Source: Balanoglossus misakiensis (taxonomy: Eukaryota > Animalia > Hemichordata). From it: a stretch of 64,000 nucleotides of DNA. This document shows, piece after piece, positions 1 through 13,700 of the stretch (its first letter is position 1; each line of letters begins with the position of its first letter). The notes beneath the pieces are model-generated. The model was not told the DNA's origin. It did no database searches and saw only the letters and a list, made by a program, of their open reading frames with translations. The stretch covers positions 8,186,063 through 8,250,062 of the forward strand of contig CM082582.2 of NCBI GenBank assembly GCA_040954595.2, given 5' to 3'. The translations under genes and the position numbers were made by a program.

Positions 1-144
1 TGGGATTTCTGCTCCCACTGTTGAAATTACAGTTACTTATGGCTAATTTTATAAATAACATCTGACACAATTCTTCTTTGATATCTTTACAAGACTTCAT
101 TTATTTTGGGGAGAAAATCAAGTCTTATCCCCCAGTTTTTGTAG

Positions 145-351
145 GTTGAACAGAAAAAATGCCTTTGCCTTTATCACAAAGCATAACCACTCTGCTTTGA
201 TTATTCTTAATGTCATTTTTGGCTACCGTGAGTTGCATGGTAGGTTTTCCAGGATTTATACAAGTTCATCACACATTCCAGACATGTTTTTGTTAGAAAT
301 GCCAGTAAACACACTGGTGTTGTTACTTTCTTGAAATTTCTCCCAGAATGA
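145..351 (+). CDS. Probable last two coding exons (145-227, 347-351) of an unidentified upstream gene; C-terminus ...LNRKNAFAFITKHNHSALIILNVIFGYQ*
   Basis: Acceptor tttttgtag at 144, donor gtgagt at 228, acceptor tttctcccag at 346. Only one frame is open across 145-227, and splicing gives CAA-TGA. AATAAA near 1234 could end the 3' UTR. Product not recognised. Confidence 0.45.
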
Positions 352-812
352 GAAACTAATTAATACTCATTTTTACCACCCAAACTTTGGCCCAACTCCA
401 GTGTCCAACACAACAGTGTGGGTTGGACCTCTGTTATGGAGTGGGTAGATTTTGTCAAGATGATTTATTCATATCGGGAATGCAACAGAACAGGGAAGTT
501 CTGACTCTGCAGTCTTCCCAGTCTTTCAAAACTGCCAGTTTTTATATTTTAATTTTGACGACACTTGATTTCTTGTGGTTTTCAGTATTAGTTGTAAAAA
601 AGTACTGGGAAATCGTCTCCTGGAAGAAAATGACCATACTTGTTTTATCCTGGTTTGTCTACCCATACAAAACAAATGATACAGTTTCCTTGTTCTTTCC
701 GAACTTTGTGATTGTGAAGAATTATTAGATTATTACCAATATTTGTGAAATTCCAGTGAGCTGTCAAATAGTTTGTTTGAAATGGAAACGTAAAACAGAA
801 GTGACAATTTTA

Positions 813-877
813 ACATACTGCGCCCTCTATAAAGATGTGATCGATGTATCATATCCTTGATAGAGGGCTCTGTATGT
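813..877. repeat. Imperfect ~30-bp-stem hairpin carrying inverted CTCF-like cores
   Basis: acatactgcgccctctataaagatgtgat / atcatatccttgatagagggctctgtatgt; ~25 of 30 positions complementary. Confidence 0.75.
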
Positions 878-1635
878 ACTGATATTTGCCAGCAGAGGGA
901 GCCTTGATTTGCATTTTAGCCATTGCAAATTATTCGAGAGATTGTTTTGTCCAATCAGGAATTTCTTCACTTATCCTGCTTTCTGTGCCAGAATGATAAA
1001 TAGGACTTGGGTGTTTTGAAACTGTGAGTATACATTTTTCCCAAATGGATGAAATGTTTGGAGTGACATGCAATTTACATTGTATACAGCAGCATTTTCT
1101 GTTTATTAAAAGATGCATTGGAAATTCCTTCATCATTTTAGTTGATTGTGTATCACTTTTAAATTGAAATTCTAAATCCCATTAGTATTTTACGTTTCAC
1201 AGCAAAATGTATTTCTTGCTCTGAAGATTATTCAATAAAATTATTCAGAAATTTTAAAACTTATGGCCCTTCACTTGTTTCCCTTTTCTTTCATAAAAGT
1301 GGTGTTAAGGATATATAATATAAAGGCAATATTTGGATGGTTATATTCTGATAGGGATAATTAATCCCTTTCTCCTGGTCGACCTTGATTTCTTTTATGC
1401 GGTAAATGTGTTCTATCATAGTATAATACAGAGACTCTCCTATAATTCTGTCTGGTGGTTGTAATTTTGTATATTAAGTGGGTTTTCGCACACAGTCTAG
1501 TCGACATGCTTGTGCCAACAAATATTCTACATGCAGTTAGAGAGTCCAAGCCATATAATGTAACCTTCAGTAAGTGTCCCTAGCATGTAATAACATTCGC
1601 AGCTACAACGGTCGTCGACGACGTGCGTCTACGCG

Positions 1636-1722
1636 ATGGTGTTGAGTGAGGTTGAGTATCAGCTGAAGGATATCGGCATCAACATGTCGCTGGGTTTGAC
1701 TACCGCAGGAATGTCATGCTGA
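1636..1722 (+). promoter_or_regulatory. Candidate upstream ORF (28 aa) in the NHE 5' leader, within a CpG-rich promoter region (~1590-2780)
   Basis: ATG at 1636, in-frame ATGs at 1684 and 1711, TGA at 1720-1722, ending 28 nt before the NHE ATG at 1751. The surrounding region is conspicuously CpG-rich. Confidence 0.4.
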
Positions 1723-1750
1723 CTTGACCCGTCGAGAGAAAAAAAAGACA

Positions 1751-4700
1751 ATGTTGTCTTTCGTGCGAAAGCGGAATTTTTGCCCGTTCGTCCTCCTCCT
1801 CCTGTTCTGGTGTCGGTCGTCTGCTGCGGATGCGAGCGTCCACAACAATCACAGTGCGACCGTGGCTTACACGATCGCCACGGAGGAGCATCATCTTGGC
1901 GAGGAAGCCGATGCCGAGGGACACCGCGCTGAAGCTCCCGAGCGGTACCCCGTGGCTGATCTGAACTGGCATCACGTCGAGACCCCGTATTTGATCTCAC
2001 TGTGGGTGCTATTCGCGAGCTATGCGAAAATCGGTAAGTGTTTCAAAATTCGATATTCACTGCTTTCCGCGTTGCGGTCCAGCACTCAATGGTCGACGAC
2101 AGTATTAAACTTTCGTGACCGAAAACCAAATTTTCCGTTAATTTCTTGATATTTGAACAAATCAAGAAAGACTTTTTTTACTTTCGTTCCTATTCTCCAG
2201 ATCCATTTCACTATCAACTTGTAAGTTGCGGGTCTTACGTCACGAACTTTATTTACTGTCGTCTGTACGCGCGCGCGTGTGTGTAGCAGTCGACATTTCT
2301 TCGGTCGACATCATCCGTTTTAGCAGACAAGGTTTTATCATCTGTGACAACAACTTGATGAAAAATGACATAAACCTTCATCCAAAATAACAATACAGTA
2401 ATGGAAGGACATAGAAGAATAAGTAGCGTCTGAGGTCTCCATAAATCATCCGCGGCCGCCCGACCGGGTCGGGTATAAATGTCAAATCGACGCGTAAACT
2501 TTGTTTGCTGTGTACGTGTGTTTTTGCCTGTGCCCTTTAGCCGGCTTGATAAATGTACTGCAATTTTGTTTTCAATGTATCGCCTGAGCATTGGCGTTCG
2601 AAGTTCAACAGGTCAGAATAACCCAGGCCCGATCATCGCATTCTGCTCTAGGTTGCTTCAATATTTTGATCCGATGACCCACATTCTGACTGACCGCTGT
2701 CGTCTGCTAATAATAGCACGGTCGCCGTATCAGCACACGTACACAATCAAATCGGGGGGGGGGGGGGGGGGGGGGGGGCGTTACATGTTTGTTATGAACA
2801 AATCAAAACAAATAAAAGTCTTTATCTTGTAATTATAGCAGATAAAACGGCTCACTAAACTCCACAGATTATTTTGAACAATAAATATTAAATTTTAAAT
2901 GTATGATTTAGCTGACATTCATATTTTTATTCATGAGATAATAAAGCATTGTTGGGATAAAGAAATAGCCATGGTTTAATATGTAGGCCTTCTCAGTGGT
3001 TATATCATCTTTTATTTTCAAGGTTTATTAACAAACTTTCGAGACGTTTTAACATTGTTTTGTTTTTCCATTGTAAAGAGAGGTCGAAGTTTTAACTGTG
3101 CAGTAAAGAAGTATTGTGAACGTCAAGTAATGGGGACAGAATGTATTAAAAAGATGCCTGGGTTTGTTAAGGTATCAATTTAAGCCCCATTGTAAAGAGC
3201 TGAAGTAAGTAGACATTAGATATACCTTACTGGGTCCTTTGCATATAGTATGACAAATAGTGAAAAAGATAGTGATATTTACTGGTGTAGTGGATGTTTA
3301 ATTGTTGCCATGGAAACTAGATTGCCTCTAACATGGAGTGTGAAAACTTGCTTCTGCACAAGAGCTGTCAAGACTCTGTATGTTGCTTGTTTTTTTATCT
3401 TTGCAAGTACAAAATGTATGTCATAATGTGTACAGGCAGGGTAGTAATAGTTTACGATGTTTGTGTGGGGCATCAATTTCAGTGAGTAATTAACATTACA
3501 ATTGTTTATGTATTGGTTTCAGTCAGTGATTAACATAACTGTTTGAACCACAAGGTTGTTTTGTACAAAAATAGCCTTCATAGAGACAGTAGTACTCTCT
3601 GTGAATAAACATGCTCCTGTGGTATTATCAATTATAACAATAGGGTCAAGGTAAATAGACTTCACAATGATTTCAAAAAATCTCATCTGTGAATCACTTT
3701 AGGCTTCACTGAAGTGCAGATCGATCAATGTAATGATTTTGTTCCTGGTTTTATTAATTTTCTGTAGGCCATATAGTTAGACCATAAATCAGATTATTGG
3801 ACTATACTATACATTGATCATTCCTACCCATTGGGCCTTAAAAAGCATGGCCAAATACCCAAAGTGCCTGTTTGGGTTTTTCATGAAAACATTACGCTTA
3901 CCTGTTAAACCTACATGATTGAACCAGACTTTGCAGTCTGTTCGTAACTTTTACAGCACCGCAATATTCTCTCTTGTAATGAAGCCATGTGGGTATTACT
4001 GTCTGTGGTAACAAAATAACCGCTGTCATGGTGACTGAAACCTTGCAAGTGCTAATCTGAGGAGAAACCCAGTCTTCTGGTGGCCAATTTGCCCGGAGAG
4101 TGGAGGGGGCATTTCTGTAACATGATCCAGCTTTGGAGTCAATTATTTTGATGTTAGAGGGAGATCAGCAGCCCTAGAAGTGGGCAGATCGCACTTGAGG
4201 CAAAAACCGATACTGTCAAGCCAGCACTTTGCACACCTACTGCTGAGATCATGGGCGATTACGCAGACAAACCTCACCAGCAAAGTCTATCTGAGGGAAA
4301 AACAACAACACCGTTTTACAACGTGATCCACTATACCATCATTCATACCAACTACAGCCAAATAATTGACCGAATAATGTCAATAAATTTCATGGTGTGA
4401 AAGTCCTTGGAAAGTTCTTTGAACTGCATGATGGGAAAATGACCAAACCACAAGATTTATTGTCTTGCTGTCAAAGCACTGCTGGTGGGAAATAAAATCC
4501 ATTTTACTAAACTACTCAAATGTAAGATATCAGATTATTGAAGTATATTCCCAACCCTTGATATTTAGAGTTGCTGGTGATGGAAATGTAAATTCCATGT
4601 TATCTGATCTTGTTTCTATGGCAACCAATTTATCTGTTAAGTTGATATTCTGCTGCCCAAGAATAATCCCATTAGATTTTTATTATCGATAGACTTTTTC

Positions 4701-7700
4701 AGAGGGTGTGCTAAAATTGGTTTCATAAAGTAGTGGATCAATTTGATCAAAAATATTCGTAGTAACACTGTATTAAAGCATGATTGTTTTCAAAGATATA
4801 AATTAATTTTTAAACTGTGAGAGAAACCTATATATGAAAACTAACTTCTGATGACCAGATTCCAGGTTTTTAGCTTTAAATACTTTAGAGCTAAGCAGGG
4901 ATCTTAAGCATTTCTTGACAGCTTAATTCACAGTGGCACCGAGGAAATTACCAGCAAGTAGGTCAGTGTTTTACCCAACAGTATTGATTTCCTGCCTCGA
5001 GCTATAATCAATGGTAAAGTGATCAGTCATATTGTCGGAAAAGGGTTTTTAAAGACAATTGAACAGTCAGTTTGATTTAATGTGTCCTTTGGTTGAACTT
5101 GTAAGACTGTTCAGTGTTGAAAATCTAGTGTATGTGTTTTTACTGTACGTTATCCTATACTGGCACAAAGCATATTGTCAACAATTTCTACCTGACTGAA
5201 ATCAGAGTAGTTGGGCATTGTTGGAATACAGACACAATGGCTGTGCACTGTGTCAACGGACCTGGCTATCACACGCAGCATGTCGGTACAGCTTTAATTA
5301 CTGAGACATGAAAGTTACGCCAGGGTTAATATATGTGAAAAAAAGTCAACTAAATAGCGATTTATTACAAGGTGAAAGTATTATCATGTCAGCACGTCAC
5401 CTGAACTGCACACAATTTCAGATTGTCATGATATTTTCAGTGTGTTACGAGCAACAAGGATTACTGTGACCCAGCTAACATCCTTGCCCTTCATGCTCAA
5501 TTCAATTTTGAACTTCAGAAAGCATGAAGGAAATTTAAACGTCCCCAGAAATACCACTTATTTTACCATCGGAGGTGTTAATTGCTTTGCAATATGCCTC
5601 TAGAGTAAAGAATAACTTTAATAATTTATATGGTAATTTGGTCAGTTCATCTAATTGGTACTGCAGTCTCTGATGACTTGGAAATAATTTCATCGTGAAG
5701 TGTGCATCCATGACATTTCAAAATTTCTATTCTCAGAAATCAACATCACGCAAAACACACTCGCAATTGATTCGAGGTATTGATGCGTGTACAGAAATAT
5801 CTCGGGTATTGACTTCAATTTGAAGAAATGTTCCTACAGCACAAATTACTTCACAAGTGAATTGTGATAGCATCTTCAAGAGAGTTGGAAATTATATACA
5901 TGGTGTGAATAATTTATAAACTGTGTACTGAAATGCTGAAAAGGGCTGACAAGGAATACTGATGAATGTTCTGTGTTAAAAGTTTTGACAAAATATAAGT
6001 TATAATCTTAATAATGCATCACTGTTGGAACTTGCAAACAAGATAAGTTTTGGAGACTGATGATAAATGAGTCCCAGTTGTCAGTACTGTGTCTCTCAGC
6101 AGTCCATTTATACATGCACCAGTCAGAGTTTCAGTCAAAACTGAAGTTACCACTGCAGTGCCACGCATACTTAGTGTTGTATTTGCTCCATTGCACAATC
6201 TACTCTTTAGATTTCTCCCATTACGTGTTCCCATCTCCATCCCTGTGATAATGATGCTCAGTGCATCGCCGGGGGCAACATACTTCCACATTTTTGAGAT
6301 AGTCGCCAAAAGAATTGAAGAGGCACGCAGCAGTTTTATTTCGACAATGAAAAATTTCCCATTGCTGCTGTGGGCATCTTGATGGTCGAGGTACAACAAT
6401 CCTTCTCTCTGATTCGCTGGTCGCCTGGCAACCACAAAAATTATCCTGAACAACTTATGACTCAACAACGGTGCATTCTATGAGTGCTTTTAAAGATGGC
6501 ACTCGTTAAACATGATGGGTCTGTGTGCGTTGCATTGTGCAGTGTGGTATTCATCTCAGAATGGAAAGATGGTATCTTAGCATTTGATGGTTACCTGAAT
6601 TGCCAGTTAAAGGTTACGTGAATTAGATAAATGTCGTTTAGTTGCGTTCCGTATCCACACACATGGCACTCTGACTCATTGATATAATTGTGCTAGCAAT
6701 AGGCCTGGATGCTCATCTTTCTGTTTCTGAACAGACATCATTCACCTGTGAAGTTAAACTTAACGAATATTTTACACACACCGTGTACAAGCTTAAAGTT
6801 CTGTCCTGTACATATGCATGTATGCATTGGGCACTCACTGTCCTCTACATATCATGTTCGTGGGCTTACCAGAATCAATCATTGAGGCTTTGTGTACCTG
6901 ATATATGTGTGCGTAAGCCGTAATCTAAGAAAAGCCAATGGGTGTAATTGAAACTGGAATAAGCATTTTCATGTGACTTGTTAGACCTGTAATTGTCAAA
7001 AACAACTAGAATTATTGCAGAGACTACAAAAGTACATGTACATGTACTAAACAGTTTTAATCAAAAGACGAAATACTTCCACAAAAAATATTTTACCTGG
7101 AAGAATGCATGCAAGAGTCATGTCTGCTTAATCTAAAGAAGATTGAATATTTTCAAGTTTGGTCATGTGTCGTGAATGAATACTTGCATGTATATTGACC
7201 ATTTGGCACCTGCTGGGTGAATCATTACAGTGGCTGGGACTCACACTGTGGAAAATGCCTTTTCAACATGTGATGGATCGAACACCGCATCACTTCTGGG
7301 TACATCAATACCGACCCTCAGTTTTGTTTGAAATTCGTATATCGCAGCGTAGCGGCAGTTTCGACAAATTGACAAGGATCTATCAGTGGCGCTTCTTCAC
7401 ATGTACGACCATCTCGCAGCGAGCTGATCCGATTCACGAGGTGTTATTAACAAAATTGAAATTCTGATCTACAAGGTGCGTCTCCTTTGGAGCAAAACAC
7501 ACACACATTGATCTGTCGGCATTCTAAGTTGTCATCGCGCCCACGCAGTGTGTCTGTCCTGTCACTTGGCACTGCAGTGCATTCTGATGTATTTGGTTAA
7601 TCAATCAAATTGTACAGCCCTGGATGTACATGTACCGTGTGATAAACAGAACAAGTCGCACTGATTTCATTTTAAAGCCTAGCATGGATGCAAAGGTGTG

Positions 7701-10700
7701 GATTGCAGTATATAATCACAAGTTTTATACCAAGAGTGATGTTAGTACTTTTCTAATGAAATATGAAGTGTGTCTGTGTAAGTTTTAAACGTGATATTCT
7801 TGTAGAAATATTAGACATCTTTTTAAAATTTTCATTTTGCTAGAAATGCCTTTACCGTTCCTCTGAGAAGCAATGAGATGTTTTGAATCGGGCGTATATA
7901 ATCAGGACTGGCAGAGGTGATTTGCTTCGCTATGTTAAGTGAAATTTATGCACCTTGGTAACCTTTGTCGAGGGTTATAAGCACAGAATGATTTATGGAG
8001 AGAGATTTCAACATCTGGACTGATTTGTTACTTGAGATGCAGTGCCTTGATCAAGGCAGTGTCTTACGGAATCAGTCACTTTCACTCATGACAGTCTGTT
8101 TATTTTCCTATGTGATGTCAGCATGGCAGTTCTTGATCTTTTATTATTCTAATTTTAAAACTCTGGCTGTATCTGACAGATGGATTAGATAAGTCAACAA
8201 TTTAAAGACTTAATAATAGGTAAACGTTGTTTGATTACATGGATTATACAGCCATCACTTTGTGGTTCAGCCAGACATGTGCTGATTTCTTGTCAAGCAG
8301 ATTTTCAATTGTGAATCTGCAAATATTCAGAAAACTGACAGGGTTTTGTGGTAATGTTGATCTAGTGGGGGCTAAGTCATCGACAATAACTTTCCCCGTA
8401 AATGGAATGTGACAGTATAAATGCATTTACGTTCTTAGTGCCATTGTGGAGTCCAAATGATAATTCCCAGTATAGTGCTGTTGGTTAGTCCTATATAACT
8501 TAGAAAATACAAGAATTCTCAAGTCAGTTACTTTTTCAGTTGGCCCCTGACAAGTGACAGCTTGTAGTACCCTTCAATATAAAAACCTGCTCATTGGCTT
8601 CTGTGAATGGATTCAGGATTTACTAAAACCCCTGCAACTTGACAGATTGATACAGAACATCTCGTTCATTTTCCATTCACCACAGATTGTACCAGCTTGA
8701 CACTTTTGGTTTCAGGCGGTTTTCTATCTTGTTTTATAGCATCAATGTTTAATATTCTTCACCGTGAGTAGTTATGAAAATTGACAGTTTATCTTAAACA
8801 CAGCAGGGGTAATATCTTTGAACATAGCAGGGGTAACTGTTTTTCTCTACTTTACAGTTTTAATGCTTAAACACAAGATATGAAAACAGGACAGTGATAG
8901 AATCTTTATATGCAATTCGTGATATTAAAACTACTTTATATCATCTTGCAATGCACAGTCTCATGCCACCTCTAGGGAAAAAAGAACCAACTTTATATTC
9001 CACGCAGGCACACCAGTATCCATCTCCCCATTATGAAACAAAAAGTAAATCTTTATTGAGCTGTGCTTTATATGCTTGCATTTGACTGATTGCCACAGGG
9101 TGAAATCGTAATGGATCCCTCTGACACAGCATTATTGCAGCTGGATCGAGTGATGGGTTATGGTGACATCAGAGCTTTTGCAATTGGTCATTCTCTTAGC
9201 TTCTTATCTTTCGATCATTCTGATATTTCTGATATACATGTATTAACATTGAAATATTAGTGTACGATTGTGTAAATTAATAAATCTACCACATTGACAT
9301 TATGTATTTGTGTTTGTTTACAGCATTTCACCTGACTGACAGACTTGCCAAGATCTTTCCTGAGAGTTGTTTGCTGATTCTGCTGGGACTGGTGGTCGGT
9401 GTCATCATCTACTTTGCTGCCAAAGATGTGGTGGGACAGTACACTCTCAGCAGTGACACTTTCTTCCTGTTTCTTCTTCCGCCTATCGTGCTGGAAGCCG
9501 GATATTTTATGCCAAACAGGTCCTTCTTTGATAACATTGGGACTATTCTCCTCTATGCAGTTGTCGGAACACTTTTGAACTGTTTTTGTATCGGTGCCTC
9601 GCTGTACGGAATCGTGTCGCTGGGATGGGTGTCGGTGAAAATGGACCTTTTGGACTGTCTGGTGTTCAGCAGTCTCATCTCAGCCGTAGATCCCGTCGCA
9701 GTACTAGCCGTTTTTGAAGAAATTCACGTCAACGAGGTTCTGTACATTTTGGTGTTTGGCGAATCTTTACTCAATGATGCAGTCACTGTGGTAAGTGTAT
9801 ATGGACTTCCCATTCTGACAGTCCTGGCTATGAGAGTGTGACAAATTGCAAACAATCTCAGCTGTTTAAATGTGATCAGAGAAAATGGCTTGATTGAACA
9901 GCCGTGGCAGCTCTTACACAGACTGCACTTTTAGTATTTCTTGTTGCACATTAAATCTTCATTCTTGTGTCAGACACGAAAATGATGGGATCATTATTTT
10001 ACTGTAGTCGCCTGTCAGCTAGACATAAATGACTGAATTGACATACTTTGCGTAGGTCAGTGACATTGTCCATCCTGTGTGCAGAGAATTGTAGTTCCAC
10101 CTTCATGATGTATTTCTGTCCTCTCTGGGTAATTGGTAGCATTTCTGTTGGCAGTTGTATTGCAAATTGCGATGTGAAATCAGAGCTAGCGCTTAGGGTC
10201 TTCGTGTAGATTCATTGCAACCTCCGAAATTTCATAAATGTATCAAATTAGTCAGGTTTCCCATGATCCTCCATCTTCAAATTTTGGACGATATTTTTTT
10301 CACTTTGAAATTCACAATTTCTGGTTGTATCCATCAAGGGTTGTGTTTGGGTCAATCGACAAAGTGCGTTAACACGAGAGGCGCATGCCTTGCATTGGTA
10401 AACACCAAGTACGTATTGGAATTTGCTGCTTATAACTACATGTAGATATGTAGATCATATGGTGTTTGAAGAATTGTGACTCGCTGATGTGAATGAGTTT
10501 CAATGTGGCTTGATGAACCATGATCAAAAGCGGTTACAATTTAATCTATTGTTTAACAGAATCATATTTCTCCTATAAATGGAATAACTTTGTGTTTGAA
10601 ATTGATGCGCTGTGAGGCCATATATGACTGATAAAGAATTTCATGCTAGGATGTGTCTATTCTAATCAAATAGGAGCACATTGTCCTTGACACCATTTTT

Positions 10701-13700
10701 AGAAATCTCCCTCGTATCAATAATAAGCTTTCAATTGTATGCTGTATGTATACAGGCCAATGAACTTATTCGAAATATGATGGCTTTGTGAAGTAAATCA
10801 GATTTTCTGATCAATGTCATTCTTAAGGTTTTAGCCCCATATTCCTGCAGATGGGTCATCCTTGCACCCCATTGTAAATAACCTGGGTTGAATTGAAGAT
10901 TTTGATGAGGTTGGAAGTACAGTTCAATGATATTGATAAAGACTTCATGCATGAACATTCCATCAGGGTAGATTTTGGATGTAACCCAATATAAAAGATT
11001 ATCCTTGCCAATACTGGAATCTTGACTCTAAGACGAGACATGAACAGCTGTTTAGCGGAGAACATGCTTGGTGCAGTGGTGAAAAATGCATGAGCATGTC
11101 TTTATATTGATCACAAAAGAAACTGATTATGAAACTGTTTCTTCAGCTTCAGAAGACTTTTGCACGTGGTTGGGCAGTTCCACTGGTGCAAAACCTTACA
11201 GCAACAAAATTTCATTAGAAAGTAGAGACACCTCCAACATTTTCAATTTCAGTATTCCTAATGCAATCCAAAAATGACCAAGTGTCAGACGAGAGTATAT
11301 TTTTCAATTACAGCGGGAGCAATTTCTAAGAAAGGCCATGACGCCATTGACGGAATATAATTAGGCACTTTCAGCAGGTTTTTACCTCAACGTCATTTCC
11401 ATGGTAACCTACATTTGTATGCATTTGTGTGCGCATTGTCTGTGTGACTGTCATCCAGCTGGCATTCCTGAACATGACGGTGAGAAAAGAGGGATGAACC
11501 GGCAGTGTGCAGTTACCATGGAGATTGACAGTTAATGAACTTATGGATTGTTTCATCCCCTGCACAGAACTGGCCTTGTAAATATGATTTTCAGTGAAAG
11601 TGCCAATAACAAACAGAAGTTTGCGGTCTGTGTCAGGTTTTTCATGAAGACAAGAGCATAAGCTGTCCTAATGTTCATGTTCAGCAGCTGGCCATCAAAG
11701 TCATTTGACTCATAACGATGACATTTGTATCAGACAGGAAACTTACACACTTATTTCTGTGAAAAGAAGCGTTTCAAGAATGTGATTCGATGCCGGAAAA
11801 ATGTCACATAATTGTCAGTGGCACGCACGCACGCACAGAAAAAAGTCTCAAGGCAATTGACATTTAACATTTAGGGAGGAAAGGTTCCCAAGAAATGGTG
11901 GTTCTTCTAGGACTTTTTTTTACACAACAAAAACTCAAGATGGCGTTGGTGTTTTATACAGTCGCTAGTCCTTCAGGTGAAAGTTCTTGATAAAATGAGA
12001 AAGAATTGAATTGGAAGAGTCAATATAAAATGGACTGTAATGTCTAATAGTGATGGTTTTTGTCACTGTCTAATTTGCTATGCTTGTTGGCTCTACAAGT
12101 CTATAAGCATGTACCAGTCTAATGGAATTATTTCATAAGAGACTCCTTATATCGCAGAATCTGTTTTTGTTGTTGTTGTTGGCTCCATTGGACCAATTTG
12201 TTGCATTTGATGCACTTTCAAATCCAAAGCATCTGCTGAGAAACTCTGGTTGATGCAATTTACCTCAAGTACCCTCCTTCAATGAAAAACCCTGCCACTG
12301 AAGTGTGCAAGGCTGTTTTATGTTAAAAGTCCCTTTAGATTTTCTAAATGCCAATTGTCATCATGAATAGCTTTGCCTTGTCTCCCTGTTGTCTGTTAAG
12401 AGCTCTTGTTGGTGTTCAGCAACTAGACTAGCTTATCCTTGCTGTGTTGTTTTTTAACTCATAAACATAACTTCAGAGTTGCTGGTACCTAGCCTTCCAG
12501 AACATACTGTATATGTTACACTGTATCATGAAATAGATTTACTATCATGTTTTGTCGATTATTTCTGAAAACAATGATGATGTAGTTTACTGCCATTTAT
12601 GGAAATCCAAGGATGAAATGCCCCACACCAGTTGTCAGCATGCATTTCTTTTCTGCGAAAGCATCACTAAATCTGTCAAGCACTTCTGAAAGAATTCCGC
12701 ACTGGAAATCAGGGTGCACTGGTAGTTTGCATTTACTAGTACGCAGTGATAGATTGGTTGATTGATATGTTTGGATCTCCAGACTACTGAGGATGTAAAA
12801 TATGACCCGGGTGACACAGACTGGGATTTTACTTTGCTTGTGTGTCAGTGTTGATCTGTTGATCCAGTGCAGTCACGTAGAGTGTAATGCACTGGCTAGG
12901 ATCCCCAGAAGATTTGAAACATGTTTGCATATACATTGCATATATTTCACCTGGCGCCTTGCACTATTGTAGTAGTGTCTGACTGGAGAGGATGTCTGTC
13001 ATATGTACAAGTACCTACCCATGATAACGCGGAGAACTGATAAAAGATAAGGATATCTGTCCTTTTGCATCCAATATGTCATGCCAGTGACAGAAAATAT
13101 AATTCTATGTATCATAGGAAGACAACAATATAGAAATAATGGACGACGTCCTGACCATTAACGTTTGTTTATGGGCAAGGGTGAGGGGAAAGCCAAAAAT
13201 TCATGGGCGAGGTGACTGATCTCCTCTTGCAAATCCCACCCTGAAAACAGGCTTAAGACTTCATACAAGGTCATCTGGGTCATCCTGGTTAACCTTTGCC
13301 ACACTGTACCCATGGTCGCAAAGTCATCCCTTCGACTTGTTTGTATAATCGCATCACTACATTCCGAATTATCAGAGGATTGTAGATAAGAGTGACTGTC
13401 AAGGACGATTTGTTGTCTTCTGTATCTTCAAATAATCCTGCCCTTCTGAAATGACTGGTGTAAAAGTTTAAAAATTAATAAATTTGTTATCAATTTTTGA
13501 ATCCTCATCTCAAAATTAAGAGACATCCTTCATTGGATTTGGTGGATTTATCAGTTTGCTGATTGCAATATTGGTTGCTTGAATGGCCAACTGCTATACC
13601 AACAGCAAAGATGACCACTGTATTGTCAAAAACAAACACGTATTCTCAGCCCAGACAACTCAATATTTGATTCAAGACAGCACGGCCAGTAGAGCCCCCA

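Noticed and set aside
347-363. TGA at 349 as selenocysteine (Q-U-ETN*) with a 3' UTR SECIS
   Set aside because: No convincing AUGA/AA/GA SECIS fold found by eye and no selenoprotein-like context; an ordinary stop is simpler.
6019-6468. 149-aa minus-strand ORF in NHE intron 1 (and 15785-16162 in intron 3) as nested genes
   Set aside because: No recognisable domains, non-ATG starts, intron-like composition.
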